DNA of 45,400 nucleotides from an uncultured Acetobacteraceae bacterium (lineage in GTDB: Bacteria > Pseudomonadota > Alphaproteobacteria > Acetobacterales > Acetobacteraceae): the NCBI GenBank assembly GCA_964657885.1, contig CAZZWO010000003.1, forward strand, positions 1-45,400, read 5' to 3'. Below are positions 36,450 to 45,400 of this stretch, one piece after another. The notes under the pieces are model-generated. The model made no database searches, had not been told where the DNA came from, and saw only the letters and a list, made by a program, of their open reading frames with translations. Both the position numbers and the translations under genes were made by a program. Each line of letters opens with the position of its first letter. Positions within the stretch are counted from its first letter, which is position 1.

Positions 36450-37844
36450 GTGACCTTGCCAAACTCGCCTGCCAGCCAGGCGCATGACGACACCTGCCCC
36501 GATGTCCCGCAACCCAGCTTCGGGCCGCGTGGACTGTCCCGGCGGGCGGCCATCCTGCTGCCGTTGCTGGCGCCCGCCTTGTCGGCCTGCAGCTGGTTCG
36601 ACTGGCTGACCGACGAGGCCAAGAAGCCGGTGCCGGGAAACCGTGAGCCGGTGCTCGCCACCTTGCGCGGCCTGCAGGTGGACAACGTCGAGGCGGTCAC
36701 CCTGCCGCCCGCCACGGTTAACGCCGATTGGCTGCAATATGGCGGCAGCGTCAGCCATGTCGGCGGTAACCTCGCCGGCGGGCTCACCAAGACATGGTCG
36801 ACCGAGATCGGCGCCGGCGGCGCCTATCGCGCGCGCATCACCGCGCAGCCGCTGGTTGCCGGCTCGCAGGTGTTCACCATGGACACCGACGGCGTGGTCG
36901 CCGCGTTCGACCTGGCCACCGGCCGCCATGCCTGGCGCACGGTGACCAAGCCGAAAAAGGCGCGGAACAGCAATCTTGGCGGCGGCATCGCCATCGCCGG
37001 CGACCGTCTGTACGCCGTCACCGGCCGTGCCCAGGCGCTTTGCCTCAACCTTTCCGACGGGCACGTGATCTGGCGGGTCGACCTGACTTCGCCGGCCCGC
37101 AGCGCCCCGACGATCGCCGAGGGCAAGCTGTTCGTCGTCACCCTCGACGAGGAGTTGCAGGCGCTGTCGCTGGCCGACGGCCGCTTCATCTGGGCGCACC
37201 AGGGGACGCCGGCCAACACCGGCACGCTCGGCCAGGCGGGACCGGCCTATGCGGGCGGCGTCATCGTCGCCGGCTTCGAATCGGGCGACCTGACGGCGTT
37301 GCGCGCGGACAGCGGCACGCTGGCCTGGACCGACAACATGGGCGGCATGAAGGGCCAGGCCTCGCTCTCCGATTTCGGTTCGGTGCGGGCCGGCCCGGTG
37401 ATCGATGACGGGCTGGTCTATGCGATCGGTCTCGGCGGGCTTCTGGCAGCCCTCGACATCCGGTCCGGCCGCCGGGTCTGGCAGCGCGACGTGGCGGGCG
37501 CCAACACGCCCTGGATTGCCGGCGACATCATGTACCTGCTCAGCACCGAACAGCGTCTCGCGGCGATCGGCAAGGACGACGGCAGCGTGCATTGGGCGAC
37601 CGACCTGCCTCGCTTCGTCAACCCGAAACGCAGCAAGGGGCTGATCAGCTGGACCGGGCCGGTGCTGGCGGGCGGCAAGCTGGTCCTGGTGAGCGACCAT
37701 GCGAAGATGGCCGTCGTCGACCCGATCTCCGGCACCCTGGTCACCACGACGGCGCTGAGCGACACCGCCTCCACGCCGCCCACCGTCGCGCAGAACACCG
37801 TCCTCATCCTGACGGACGACGCCAAGCTGACCGCCTACAAGTAG
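36450..37844 (+). CDS. bamB: BamB-like PQQ beta-propeller lipoprotein
   Basis: LSAC lipobox; repeated A.D..TG...W propeller blades; yfgM-bamB-der synteny. Start uncertain. Confidence 0.82.
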   Translation: MTLPNSPASQAHDDTCPDVPQPSFGPRGLSRRAAILLPLLAPALSACSWFDWLTDEAKKPVPGNREPVLATLRGLQVDNVEAVTLPPATVNADWLQYGGSVSHVGGNLAGGLTKTWSTEIGAGGAYRARITAQPLVAGSQVFTMDTDGVVAAFDLATGRHAWRTVTKPKKARNSNLGGGIAIAGDRLYAVTGRAQALCLNLSDGHVIWRVDLTSPARSAPTIAEGKLFVVTLDEELQALSLADGRFIWAHQGTPANTGTLGQAGPAYAGGVIVAGFESGDLTALRADSGTLAWTDNMGGMKGQASLSDFGSVRAGPVIDDGLVYAIGLGGLLAALDIRSGRRVWQRDVAGANTPWIAGDIMYLLSTEQRLAAIGKDDGSVHWATDLPRFVNPKRSKGLISWTGPVLAGGKLVLVSDHAKMAVVDPISGTLVTTTALSDTASTPPTVAQNTVLILTDDAKLTAYK

Positions 37845-37921
37845 AAGCGGCCGAAGTACCGCAAGCTGACCGGCTGCCCCCCGCGGGTGCCAGTAAGCTC
37901 GCCCCGATAAAGGACCTTCCA

Positions 37922-39262
37922 GTGCTCCCCGTGGTCGTCATCGCCGGCCGCCCCAATGTCGGCAAGTCAACGCTGTTCAACCGCCTCGCCGGGCGGCGGG
38001 CGGCGATCGTATCCGACACGCCGGGCGTCACCCGCGACCGCAAGGATGCCGAGGCGATGCTGCGCGGGCGGCAGGTGCGGCTGGTCGATACCGCGGGCCT
38101 GGAGGAGAGCGACCCCGAAGCGATCTACGGCCGCATGCGCGCCAGCAGCGAGGCCGCGGTCGGACAGGCCGACCTGATCGTGTTCGTGATCGACGCCCGC
38201 ATCGGCATCACCCCGGCGGACGAGCATTTCGCGAACTGGCTGCGTCGCCAGAACCGCCCGGTGCTGCTGGTCGCCAACAAGGCCGAGGGCCGCCTGGGCG
38301 TGGCGAACGCACTGGAAGCGTATTCGCTCGGCCTCGGCGACCCGCTCGCGGTCTCGGCGGAGCACAACGAAGGCATCGCCGACCTGATGCGCGAGATTGC
38401 CGAGATGCTGCCGCCCGAGCCGGAAGACGGCGAGGCGCCGGAAGGCACCAGGCCGCTGAAGCTGGCGATCGTCGGCCGACCGAACGCCGGGAAGTCCACC
38501 TTGCTCAACCGGCTGGTCGGCGAGGAACGGATGATCACCGGCCCCGAGCCCGGCCTGACGCGCGATGCGGTCAGCACCATCCTGCACGACCCGGAAGGCG
38601 ACATCGAACTGGTCGATACGGCCGGGTTGCGAAAACGCGCTCGGGTCGAGGAGGCGCTGGAGAAGATGTCGGTCAGCGCGAGCATCGAGGCGCTGAAGAT
38701 GGCCGAGATCGTGGCGCTGACCGTCGATGCATCGCTAGGGCTGCACGAGCAGGATCTGCAGATTGCGCGCCTGGTCGAGCGTGAGGGGCGCGCCTGCGTG
38801 CTGGTGCTCAACAAGTGGGACGCGGTCGAAGACCGCGACAAGACCCGCAAGGCGATCAGCGACCGGCTTGAGTTCAGCATGACGCAGATGCGCGGCATCC
38901 CGGTGGTGACGCTGTCGGCCGCCACCGGTGCGGGCGTGCAGAAGTTCCTGCCGGCGGTGCGGGCCGCCGCCACGGTCTGGAACACCCGCGTGGCCACCGG
39001 GGCGCTGAACCGCTGGTTCGAGACGGCACTCGAGCGGCACCCGCCGCCGCTGGTCGAGGGCCGCCGCCTCAAGTTGCGCTACATCACGCAGGCCAAGGCG
39101 CGGCCGCCGACTTTCCTGGTGTTCGGTACCCGCGCCGAGCTGATGCCCGAAGACTACCACCGCTACCTGGTGAACAGCCTTCGCGAGTCGTTCGCGCTCC
39201 CCGGCACGCCCATCCGCATCCAGGGCCGCGGCACGAAAAACCCCTACGCGGATCAGGAATAG
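37922..39262 (+). CDS. der: Ribosome biogenesis GTPase Der (EngA)
   Basis: Two G domains (GRPNVGKS/DTAG/NKAE and GRPNAGKS/DTAG/NKWD) and a C-terminal KH-like domain. GTG start at 37922 after AAGGA. Confidence 0.97.
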   Translation: MLPVVVIAGRPNVGKSTLFNRLAGRRAAIVSDTPGVTRDRKDAEAMLRGRQVRLVDTAGLEESDPEAIYGRMRASSEAAVGQADLIVFVIDARIGITPADEHFANWLRRQNRPVLLVANKAEGRLGVANALEAYSLGLGDPLAVSAEHNEGIADLMREIAEMLPPEPEDGEAPEGTRPLKLAIVGRPNAGKSTLLNRLVGEERMITGPEPGLTRDAVSTILHDPEGDIELVDTAGLRKRARVEEALEKMSVSASIEALKMAEIVALTVDASLGLHEQDLQIARLVEREGRACVLVLNKWDAVEDRDKTRKAISDRLEFSMTQMRGIPVVTLSAATGAGVQKFLPAVRAAATVWNTRVATGALNRWFETALERHPPPLVEGRRLKLRYITQAKARPPTFLVFGTRAELMPEDYHRYLVNSLRESFALPGTPIRIQGRGTKNPYADQE

Positions 39263-39286
39263 CGCTTCCGGGCCATTGCAGCCCGG

Positions 39287-40447
39287 TCACAGCCTCAGGC
39301 AGTCGAGCGTGCGACGGACCACGTCGGTCTCCCTGTAGCGGTCGAGCGCACGCCGCAGCCCCGCCTCGCCCATCCGCACCCGCGACGCGTGATCCTGCAC
39401 CAGCCGGCGCAACGCAGCGGCGAGCGGAGCCACGGCGGCCGGTTCGACCAGTAACCCCGTCACGCCGTCGATCACCTGCTCGCGCGGGCCGCGTATGCGG
39501 GTGGCGACGACCGGCAGGCCGCACAGCATGGCCTCGATCACCGACATCGGCAGGCCTTCGAAGTGGCTCGGCAACACGAATATGTCGGAAGCGGCGAGAA
39601 TGGCGGCGACGTCGCGCCGGTATCCAAGCCGGCGCAACCGTTTGCCCAAACCGGAGCCGGCGAAATACGGCTCCATGTCCTCGCCATGGTCGCTGGGCAG
39701 GCGCTCACCGACCACCCACAGATCCGCGTCGACATCCCGCATCGCGGCGAGCAGTTCCGGATAGCCTTTATGGCGCACCAGGCGCGACACGACGGTGATC
39801 ACCACGGCGCCGTTCGGCACGCCGAGTTCTGCGCGGATTGCGGCGCGGGCAGCCGGATCGGGGCGGAAGCAAGCGGGGTCGCGGCCGTTGCCGATGGCGA
39901 CAGGCGCGCGCGCGATGCCGAGCCGCTTGGCGTCGGCCGCCTCCTCCGCCGACACGGTCATGAAAATATTGGTCACCCGGCCGGCCAGCCACTCCATCGC
40001 GAGGGATGCCGCACGGCGTGGCCACGGCCCCGGCTGGTTGAACAGGAACCCGTGGCACGTGTAGGCGATCGCCGGGACGCCGGCGGCGCGTGCGGCCAGT
40101 CGGGCGAGGAAACCGCTGATCGGCATGTGCGCGTGCACGAGGTCCGGTTTCTCGGCGCGGAACAACCGGTAGAGCGCCATGAACGCCCGGAACTGGGCAA
40201 TGGGCGACAGGCTTCGTGCCAGCGGCAGCGCGGCGATCCGGAAACCTTCGTGCCGCACCTCGGCGAGCAGCGGGCCGTCGGCGCAGACCCCGATCACGCC
40301 GTGCCCGCGCTCGCGGACGCCGCGCATCAGCGGCAACAGGAAGTGCCGCAACGAGAAATCGACGTTGGTGACCTCGATGACCAGCATCCGCCGCCGGTTC
40401 GCGGCCGCAGTGTTCAGCATCGGCGCTCGGTCGTCCGCGCCGGTCAC
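39287..40447 (-). CDS. Glycosyltransferase family 4
   Basis: PDLVHAH, YTCHGF, GNG.D, SRLV.HKG and FVLPS.FEGLPMSVIEAM..GLPVVAT. Probable GTGA-overlap start at 40447. Confidence 0.92.
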   Translation of the reverse strand: MTGADDRAPMLNTAAANRRRMLVIEVTNVDFSLRHFLLPLMRGVRERGHGVIGVCADGPLLAEVRHEGFRIAALPLARSLSPIAQFRAFMALYRLFRAEKPDLVHAHMPISGFLARLAARAAGVPAIAYTCHGFLFNQPGPWPRRAASLAMEWLAGRVTNIFMTVSAEEAADAKRLGIARAPVAIGNGRDPACFRPDPAARAAIRAELGVPNGAVVITVVSRLVRHKGYPELLAAMRDVDADLWVVGERLPSDHGEDMEPYFAGSGLGKRLRRLGYRRDVAAILAASDIFVLPSHFEGLPMSVIEAMLCGLPVVATRIRGPREQVIDGVTGLLVEPAAVAPLAAALRRLVQDHASRVRMGEAGLRRALDRYRETDVVRRTLDCLRL

Positions 40448-42030
40448 CCGACCTTGGTTATCGCCCATTTGACGTGCTGCGGGCCGTCCTGCGGGCCGGT
40501 GAGGACAACCTGTTCGCTGCGCCTTGGCTCGGCGCCGCCGAGATAGATGCTTTCCTCGAGCGAAACCTTCGCGCCCTCGGCACGCAGGCGCCAGCCGCCG
40601 CTGGGCAGCCGCAACAGCACCGCCTCGCCGTCCTGCTGCAGGCTGGCGATCACCGATGGATGCAGGTGGAAGCGGATCACGTAGGGCTGCGGCGTCGGCG
40701 CTTCGATCACGTCCTCGCCGCGGATGTCCTCGCCGCTCTCGGCGAGGTAGAGGCGCCGGCGGTGGATCGCGCCGAACGGCTTGCGCCAGCCGTCATGGCT
40801 CGCTTCCAGCCAATGCGCGCCGTTCGCCTCCTGCCGTTCGACACCGACTTTTTCCGGCCGTCTGCCGAGGCCCGCAGGCTTCAGCTCCGACGAGCTGGTG
40901 TCGGCGATGATCAGGGTGGAGTGGGCGGCGGTCGCCCGGGCGGCATCGGTCCAGGCTGAGGCCCCGATCGGCGCCGCGCCGCAGTTCACGATCAGCCGCT
41001 CGCGGCCGATCGACAGCTCGAAACTGAGCGTGCCGGCATGCGCCAGGCGGTCCTGGCCGGGCGGCGGCGGCGCGCCGGCATCCGCGATCAGCACGGTGCG
41101 TCCGGCCTGCAGACGGTGGAATCCGGTGTCCGGCAGCGAGGCGGGCGCGCGTCCGGCGCGGCCGGCCTGCGTCAACACCAGCTCGATCAGCGTCGCCGGC
41201 TCGTCGCGCGTGCCGTTGAACAGCGCCAGCCCGCCATCGCCATGCCGCAGCGTGCGGAGCGCCAGCGCCAGCCGGTCGATCGCGGCGCCCAGGGCGGCGG
41301 GCGCATCGGCGCCACCGAGATGCAGCAGCGCGCGAGTTTCGATCAGGTCGCGCAGGGCAACCAGGTGGGCGGCGGGGCTGCGTTCCAGGTGGCCGCCATC
41401 CGGCAGGATCTGGCGCCCGATCTCCTGCGGCAGGAAACGCAGCGCGCGGGCCAGGTAAGGCGCGTGGTCCGGCAGCGCGATCGACGCGGCGATCAGCCCG
41501 CGCAGCGCGGTCAGCGCGCGGCCGTCCTGCTCCTCGGCCGGCAATGCGGCGGACAGGATCCGCGCGTCGGAGACCAGGCGCCACATCATCTTCTGGCGGA
41601 ACTCGTCATCCGCACTGGCCGCGAAGAAGTCGTAATGCCCAAGCCAGGCCGCGATGCGCGAGCCGGCCACGTCCGGCCGTTGCGACAGCGGGTCGGCGTC
41701 GCCACCGCCGATCCAGTCGCCGACCAGCGCCCTCGCGCGCATGCGGGCGGCATCGGTGCCGATCACCCGCAGATCGCGCAGCCAGGTGAAGCCGTGGGCG
41801 TGCGCACGCATCACCGGATGGCCGCCCGCATCCGCCCAGCCGCCGGGTTTCAGTATCCGCATCGCGCCGGACAGCGTCAGCTCGCCCTTCAGCAGCCTGG
41901 CACCCCGGGCCGGATCGCCGGGCCAAGGGTCGCGCACCGGCACCGCCGGCGCATCGGGCACGCTCATCCTCAGCGTCGGAAGCCGGGCTAGGCGTAACCG
42001 AAGATGGCGGAGTCCGCGGCTCAGGCTCAC
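40444..42030 (-). CDS. Heparinase II/III-like family protein
   Basis: HGFTWLRDL, QILPDGGH.ERSP, HGDGGLALFNG, HAGTLSFE, IVNCG, TAAHST and RFHLHP. Confidence 0.88.
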   Translation of the reverse strand: MSLSRGLRHLRLRLARLPTLRMSVPDAPAVPVRDPWPGDPARGARLLKGELTLSGAMRILKPGGWADAGGHPVMRAHAHGFTWLRDLRVIGTDAARMRARALVGDWIGGGDADPLSQRPDVAGSRIAAWLGHYDFFAASADDEFRQKMMWRLVSDARILSAALPAEEQDGRALTALRGLIAASIALPDHAPYLARALRFLPQEIGRQILPDGGHLERSPAAHLVALRDLIETRALLHLGGADAPAALGAAIDRLALALRTLRHGDGGLALFNGTRDEPATLIELVLTQAGRAGRAPASLPDTGFHRLQAGRTVLIADAGAPPPPGQDRLAHAGTLSFELSIGRERLIVNCGAAPIGASAWTDAARATAAHSTLIIADTSSSELKPAGLGRRPEKVGVERQEANGAHWLEASHDGWRKPFGAIHRRRLYLAESGEDIRGEDVIEAPTPQPYVIRFHLHPSVIASLQQDGEAVLLRLPSGGWRLRAEGAKVSLEESIYLGGAEPRRSEQVVLTGPQDGPQHVKWAITKVG

Positions 42031-42707
42031 GCGGCCGGGCCGCCCGCGCGCTCGCCACGGATGGCGGATATCGCGGCGCCGTAGTCCGGCGAGCCGAACA
42101 CCGCGGTGCCTGCAACGAAGGTGTCGGCGCCGGCGGCGATGCAGCGTGGTGCGGTGTGCGCGTCGATGCCGCCATCGACCTCCAGGCGGATGTCGCGTCC
42201 CGATGCGTCGATCAATTGTCGCAATTCGGCGATCTTGCCCAATTGGGTCTCGATGAACTTCTGGCCGCCGAAGCCGGGGTTCACCGACATCACCAGGATG
42301 ATGTCGAGCAGGTCGATCACCGTCGCCGCATGGGCCACCGGGGTGCCGGGGTTGAGCACCAGCCCTGCCCGCTTGCCGAGTGCGCGGATCGCCTGCAGCG
42401 ATCGGTGCGGGTGCGGCCCGGCTTCCGGATGGATCAGGATATGGTCGGCCCCCGCCTCGGCAAATGCGGCAAGGTAGGGGTCGGCCGGCGCGATCATCAG
42501 ATGCACGTCGAACGGCATGCGGGTGAGCGGACGCAAAGCCTTGAGCACCACCGGGCCGAAGCTGATGTTGGGCACGAAATGGCCGTCCATCACGTCCAGA
42601 TGCAGCCAGTCCGCGCCGGCCTTCTCGATCGCGGCCACTTCCTCGGCCAGCCGCGCGAAATCGGCGGCGAGCAGGCTGGGTGCGACGATGATCCGGGGCT
42701 GCGCCAT
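42027..42707 (-). CDS. rpe: Ribulose-phosphate 3-epimerase
   Basis: APSLL.ADF, HLDVMDGHFVPN, DVHLM, MSVNPGFGGQ and VDGG. Confidence 0.97.
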   Translation of the reverse strand: MAQPRIIVAPSLLAADFARLAEEVAAIEKAGADWLHLDVMDGHFVPNISFGPVVLKALRPLTRMPFDVHLMIAPADPYLAAFAEAGADHILIHPEAGPHPHRSLQAIRALGKRAGLVLNPGTPVAHAATVIDLLDIILVMSVNPGFGGQKFIETQLGKIAELRQLIDASGRDIRLEVDGGIDAHTAPRCIAAGADTFVAGTAVFGSPDYGAAISAIRGERAGGPAA

Positions 42708-42765
42708 CGCTGGGTTCTAGTGTGCCGCCGCGTGGCCGGGCAAGCGTGTGCCGGTCCGGACCGTG

Positions 42766-43998
42766 TCAGGCTTTCACGAAGCGCGCGCAGAAGAATCCGT
42801 CCAGCCCGCCACGATCCGCCCACATCGACGGGATCGTGCGGAGATCGCCGGCGGCGGTGCGCCCCTCCGGCAATCCCGATAATTCCTCGGGGGTGAACGG
42901 CGAAGGCGTCAGGCCGTAGCGGTCGAGTCCTTGCACGCGCTGTGCCCCCTCCTCGTCCTGCAGCGAGCAGACGGCATAGATCAGCCGGCCGCCGGGCCGC
43001 AGCATGGCCGATGCCGCCTCGATCAGCCGATCCTGGCCGGCGGTCAGCGACGCCATGTCCTGCGGCCGTTTCAGATGCGGCAGGTCCGGGTGCCGGCGGA
43101 TGGTTCCGGTCGCCGAACACGGCGCATCGAGCAGCACGGCATCGAGCAACTCGGCCGGACGCCAGACCGTCGCGTCGGCATGCACGATCTGCGGCGACAA
43201 GCCGAGGCGGGCGAGGTTTTCGTGCAGGCGGGGCAGGCGCCGCTCGTGGATCTCCACCGCGATCACCTGCGCGCCGGCCGCGGCCATCTGCGCCGCCTTG
43301 CCGCCCGGCGCCGCGCACAGATCGGCGACACGCTCGCCCGGCTTTGCGGCGAGCAGGCTGGCGGGCAACGACGCAGCCGCGTCCTGCACCCAGAAATCGC
43401 CCGCCGCGAAACCGGGCAGGTCGGTCACCCTGGTGCCCGCCGGCAGCCTTACGGAGCCTGTCGGCAACCGCACGCCACCCTCGGGCAGTGCCGCGCCCGG
43501 CTTCAGGCTGAGATCGAGCGGCGCCTCGGTCTGGTGCGCGACCGCGATGGCCCGCGCCTCGGCGCCCCATGACGCCCAAAGCCATTGCGGGGTGTCGAGC
43601 CGGGGCGAGTCCAAGTCGGCCAGGGCAGCCGCGCCCCCTTCCGCCACCCGCCGCAGCACCGCGTTCACCAGCCCGGCGAACGCGGCAAGCTTTTGCGACC
43701 TGGCGAGATCGACCGAGGTCGCGACCGCCGCATGCGCGGGGGTATCCAGGAACAGCAACTGCGCGGCGCCGAGGCGGAGGATCAGGCGCACTGCGTCCGG
43801 CGGCGACCGCTTCAGATGCGGCTCCAGCACCGCGTCCAGCGTGCCCGAACGCCGCAGCACCGTCGCCGCAAGCCGGTGTGCGGCAGCGCGGTCCCGGGCG
43901 TCGGCGGCCGGCAGCCGGTCCAGCGCCTCCTCCAGCGGGCGATGCTGGTCGGTGACGGCGCGCAGAAGCTGCAGGGCGAGACTGCGTGTGGCATCCAT
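42766..43998 (-). CDS. rsmB: RsmB/NOP-family RNA m5C methyltransferase
   Basis: NusB-like N-terminus; VQD.AA, DLCAAPGGK, LDAPCSATGT.RRHPD, YAVCSL and DGFF. Start 43998 is inferred. Confidence 0.9.
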   Translation of the reverse strand: MDATRSLALQLLRAVTDQHRPLEEALDRLPAADARDRAAAHRLAATVLRRSGTLDAVLEPHLKRSPPDAVRLILRLGAAQLLFLDTPAHAAVATSVDLARSQKLAAFAGLVNAVLRRVAEGGAAALADLDSPRLDTPQWLWASWGAEARAIAVAHQTEAPLDLSLKPGAALPEGGVRLPTGSVRLPAGTRVTDLPGFAAGDFWVQDAAASLPASLLAAKPGERVADLCAAPGGKAAQMAAAGAQVIAVEIHERRLPRLHENLARLGLSPQIVHADATVWRPAELLDAVLLDAPCSATGTIRRHPDLPHLKRPQDMASLTAGQDRLIEAASAMLRPGGRLIYAVCSLQDEEGAQRVQGLDRYGLTPSPFTPEELSGLPEGRTAAGDLRTIPSMWADRGGLDGFFCARFVKA

Positions 43999-44043
43999 GG
44001 CGGGTAAATGGCGCAACCGCATGCTGCATGATAGGGCGGCCGC

Positions 44044-45400
44044 ATGCGCGTTGCCGAAACCAGTCATCCGGGCGGAGCCGGAGCTACCGCGTCGCAGGCG
44101 TCCTGGCTCGACGGGCCGCCGGCCAGGGCGAGGCTGCTGCTGGTGGTGTTCTGCCTGGCTCTGTGGCTGCCGGGCTTTTTCAGCCTACCGCCGGGGGACC
44201 GCGACGAGAGCCGGTTCGCCCAGGCCACCAGGCAGATGAACGAGACCGGCGACTACGTGCGGATCATGAACGGCACCGAGCCGCGCAACCGCAAGCCGAT
44301 CGGCATCTATTGGCTGCAGGCGCCGTTTGCGCTTGCTGCCGGGCCCGGCCTTGCCAACCCGATCTGGCCGTATCGCATCCCCTCGCTGCTTGGCGGGCTG
44401 CTGGCGGTGCTCGCGACCTTCGAGGCTGGGCTCTGGCTGACCCGGAGCCGCCGCACCGCCGTGCTGTCCGCCGCAATGCTCGCCGGATGCGTGCTGCTGA
44501 CCACCGAGACGCATATCGCGAAAACCGACGCCGCCCTGCTCGGCGCCACCACGCTCGCCATGGCGATCCTGTCGCGCGCCTGGATGGGGGTGCCGGTACC
44601 GCGCTGGCAGGCGGCCCTGTTCTGGCTGGCGGCAGCCGCCGGCATCCTGCTTAAAGGGCCGATCACGCCGCTGGTCGTCGTGCTCGCCGCCGCCACGCTG
44701 TGTGTCTGGGAACGGCGTGCTCGCTGGCTCGCGGTCCTGCGGCCAGGCTGGGGCGTGCCGCTGATGCTGGCGGCGGTGATGCCCTGGTTCGTGGCGATCG
44801 GCTTCGCCACGCATGGGGCGTTTTTCACCGATGCGGTCGGCGGCGATCTGGGGCGCAAGCTGGCCGGCGGGGCCGAGGCGCATGGCGCGCCGCCGGGCCT
44901 GCACCTTGTTCTGCTGCCGCTGCTCGCCTTCCCCTCCACCCTGCCGGTGATTGCCGGCCTGCCTGCCGCCTGGGCCGGCCGTCGCGAGGCGGCGACGCGC
45001 TTCCTGATCGCCTGGGCGCTGCCGGCTTGGCTGGTGTTCGAGGCGGTGCCGACCAAGCTGCCGCACTACACCCTGCCGCTATACCCGGCCCTGTTCCTGC
45101 TCGCCGGCATCGCCCTCGACCGCCCGCCCGCCCGCTGGACGAACATCGTCGCGCGGAGCGGCCTGGCTGCAGCGGCCGGACTGATCGCGGCCGGCGCCAT
45201 CGCCCTGCCGCTCGCACTGCACGCGCCGTGGTGGACCGGCGTCGCGCCCGCTTTATGCACGGTGCTGGTGGCATGGCTGGCGTGGCGGCGGCACCTGACA
45301 CTGGCGCTGCTGGCCGCGATCCCGCTTTACACCGCGCTGTTGCAAGGCGAGTTGCCACACCTCCGGCCGCTCTGGATCGGGCCGCGGGTGATCGAGGCCC
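44044..45400 (+). CDS. ArnT/GT39-like (GT-C) membrane glycosyltransferase, 3' truncated by the window end
   Basis: Not in the ORF track. The frame from ATG 44044 reads LPPGDRDESRFAQATRQM, RNRKPIGIYWLQ, AKTDA, LKGPI and TKLPHYTLP.YP, with many transmembrane segments. Confidence 0.9.
   Translation, partial: MRVAETSHPGGAGATASQASWLDGPPARARLLLVVFCLALWLPGFFSLPPGDRDESRFAQATRQMNETGDYVRIMNGTEPRNRKPIGIYWLQAPFALAAGPGLANPIWPYRIPSLLGGLLAVLATFEAGLWLTRSRRTAVLSAAMLAGCVLLTTETHIAKTDAALLGATTLAMAILSRAWMGVPVPRWQAALFWLAAAAGILLKGPITPLVVVLAAATLCVWERRARWLAVLRPGWGVPLMLAAVMPWFVAIGFATHGAFFTDAVGGDLGRKLAGGAEAHGAPPGLHLVLLPLLAFPSTLPVIAGLPAAWAGRREAATRFLIAWALPAWLVFEAVPTKLPHYTLPLYPALFLLAGIALDRPPARWTNIVARSGLAAAAGLIAAGAIALPLALHAPWWTGVAPALCTVLVAWLAWRRHLTLALLAAIPLYTALLQGELPHLRPLWIGPRVIEA

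Noticed and set aside
37823-37872. Short direct repeat CAAGCTGACCG at the bamB end and in the bamB-der spacer
   Set aside because: Only two 11-bp copies, with no array structure or element between them.
1-45400. CRISPR arrays, tRNA/rRNA (including selC), transposases, integrases and phage or defence genes
   Set aside because: None recognised by eye, and intergenic gaps are short and mostly accounted for. A covariance-model scan would be needed to exclude small RNAs.

Overview
High-GC alphaproteobacterial chromosomal window; gene order and an intergenic palindrome suggest Acetobacteraceae (inference). Bases 1-18.4 kb look like a general-stress island. It starts with a split, divergently arranged formate dehydrogenase: a selenocysteine-containing alpha subunit (in-frame UGA plus SECIS, no Tat signal), an Fe-S beta subunit and an NrfD-like anchor. 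Next is an uncharacterised glyco-biosynthesis cluster: inositol-3-phosphate synthase, two phosphatases, three glycosyltransferase-like proteins, a nucleotidyltransferase, two methyltransferases (one TIGR04290-like), a CelD-like GNAT and an apparently circularly permuted clan GH-A hydrolase. The island also holds nhaA, a YciF ferritin-like gene and small orphan ORFs, and several of its intergenic regions carry AAC-N17/18-GTT EcfG-type promoter motifs. The rest of the window has panB-purD/xseA, a ~118 bp AT-rich palindrome, a LexA-boxed PA0069-type radical SAM gene, a multi-PAS HWE kinase, phaZ, a GST and a GH63-like glucosidase, a MarR-linked hppD-hmgA-fahA-Rieske operon, yfgM-bamB-der, GT4-heparinase-rpe-rsmB and a partial ArnT-like gene. 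I saw no rRNA, tRNA, CRISPR or transposase. All family calls come from motif recognition by eye; no searches were run.
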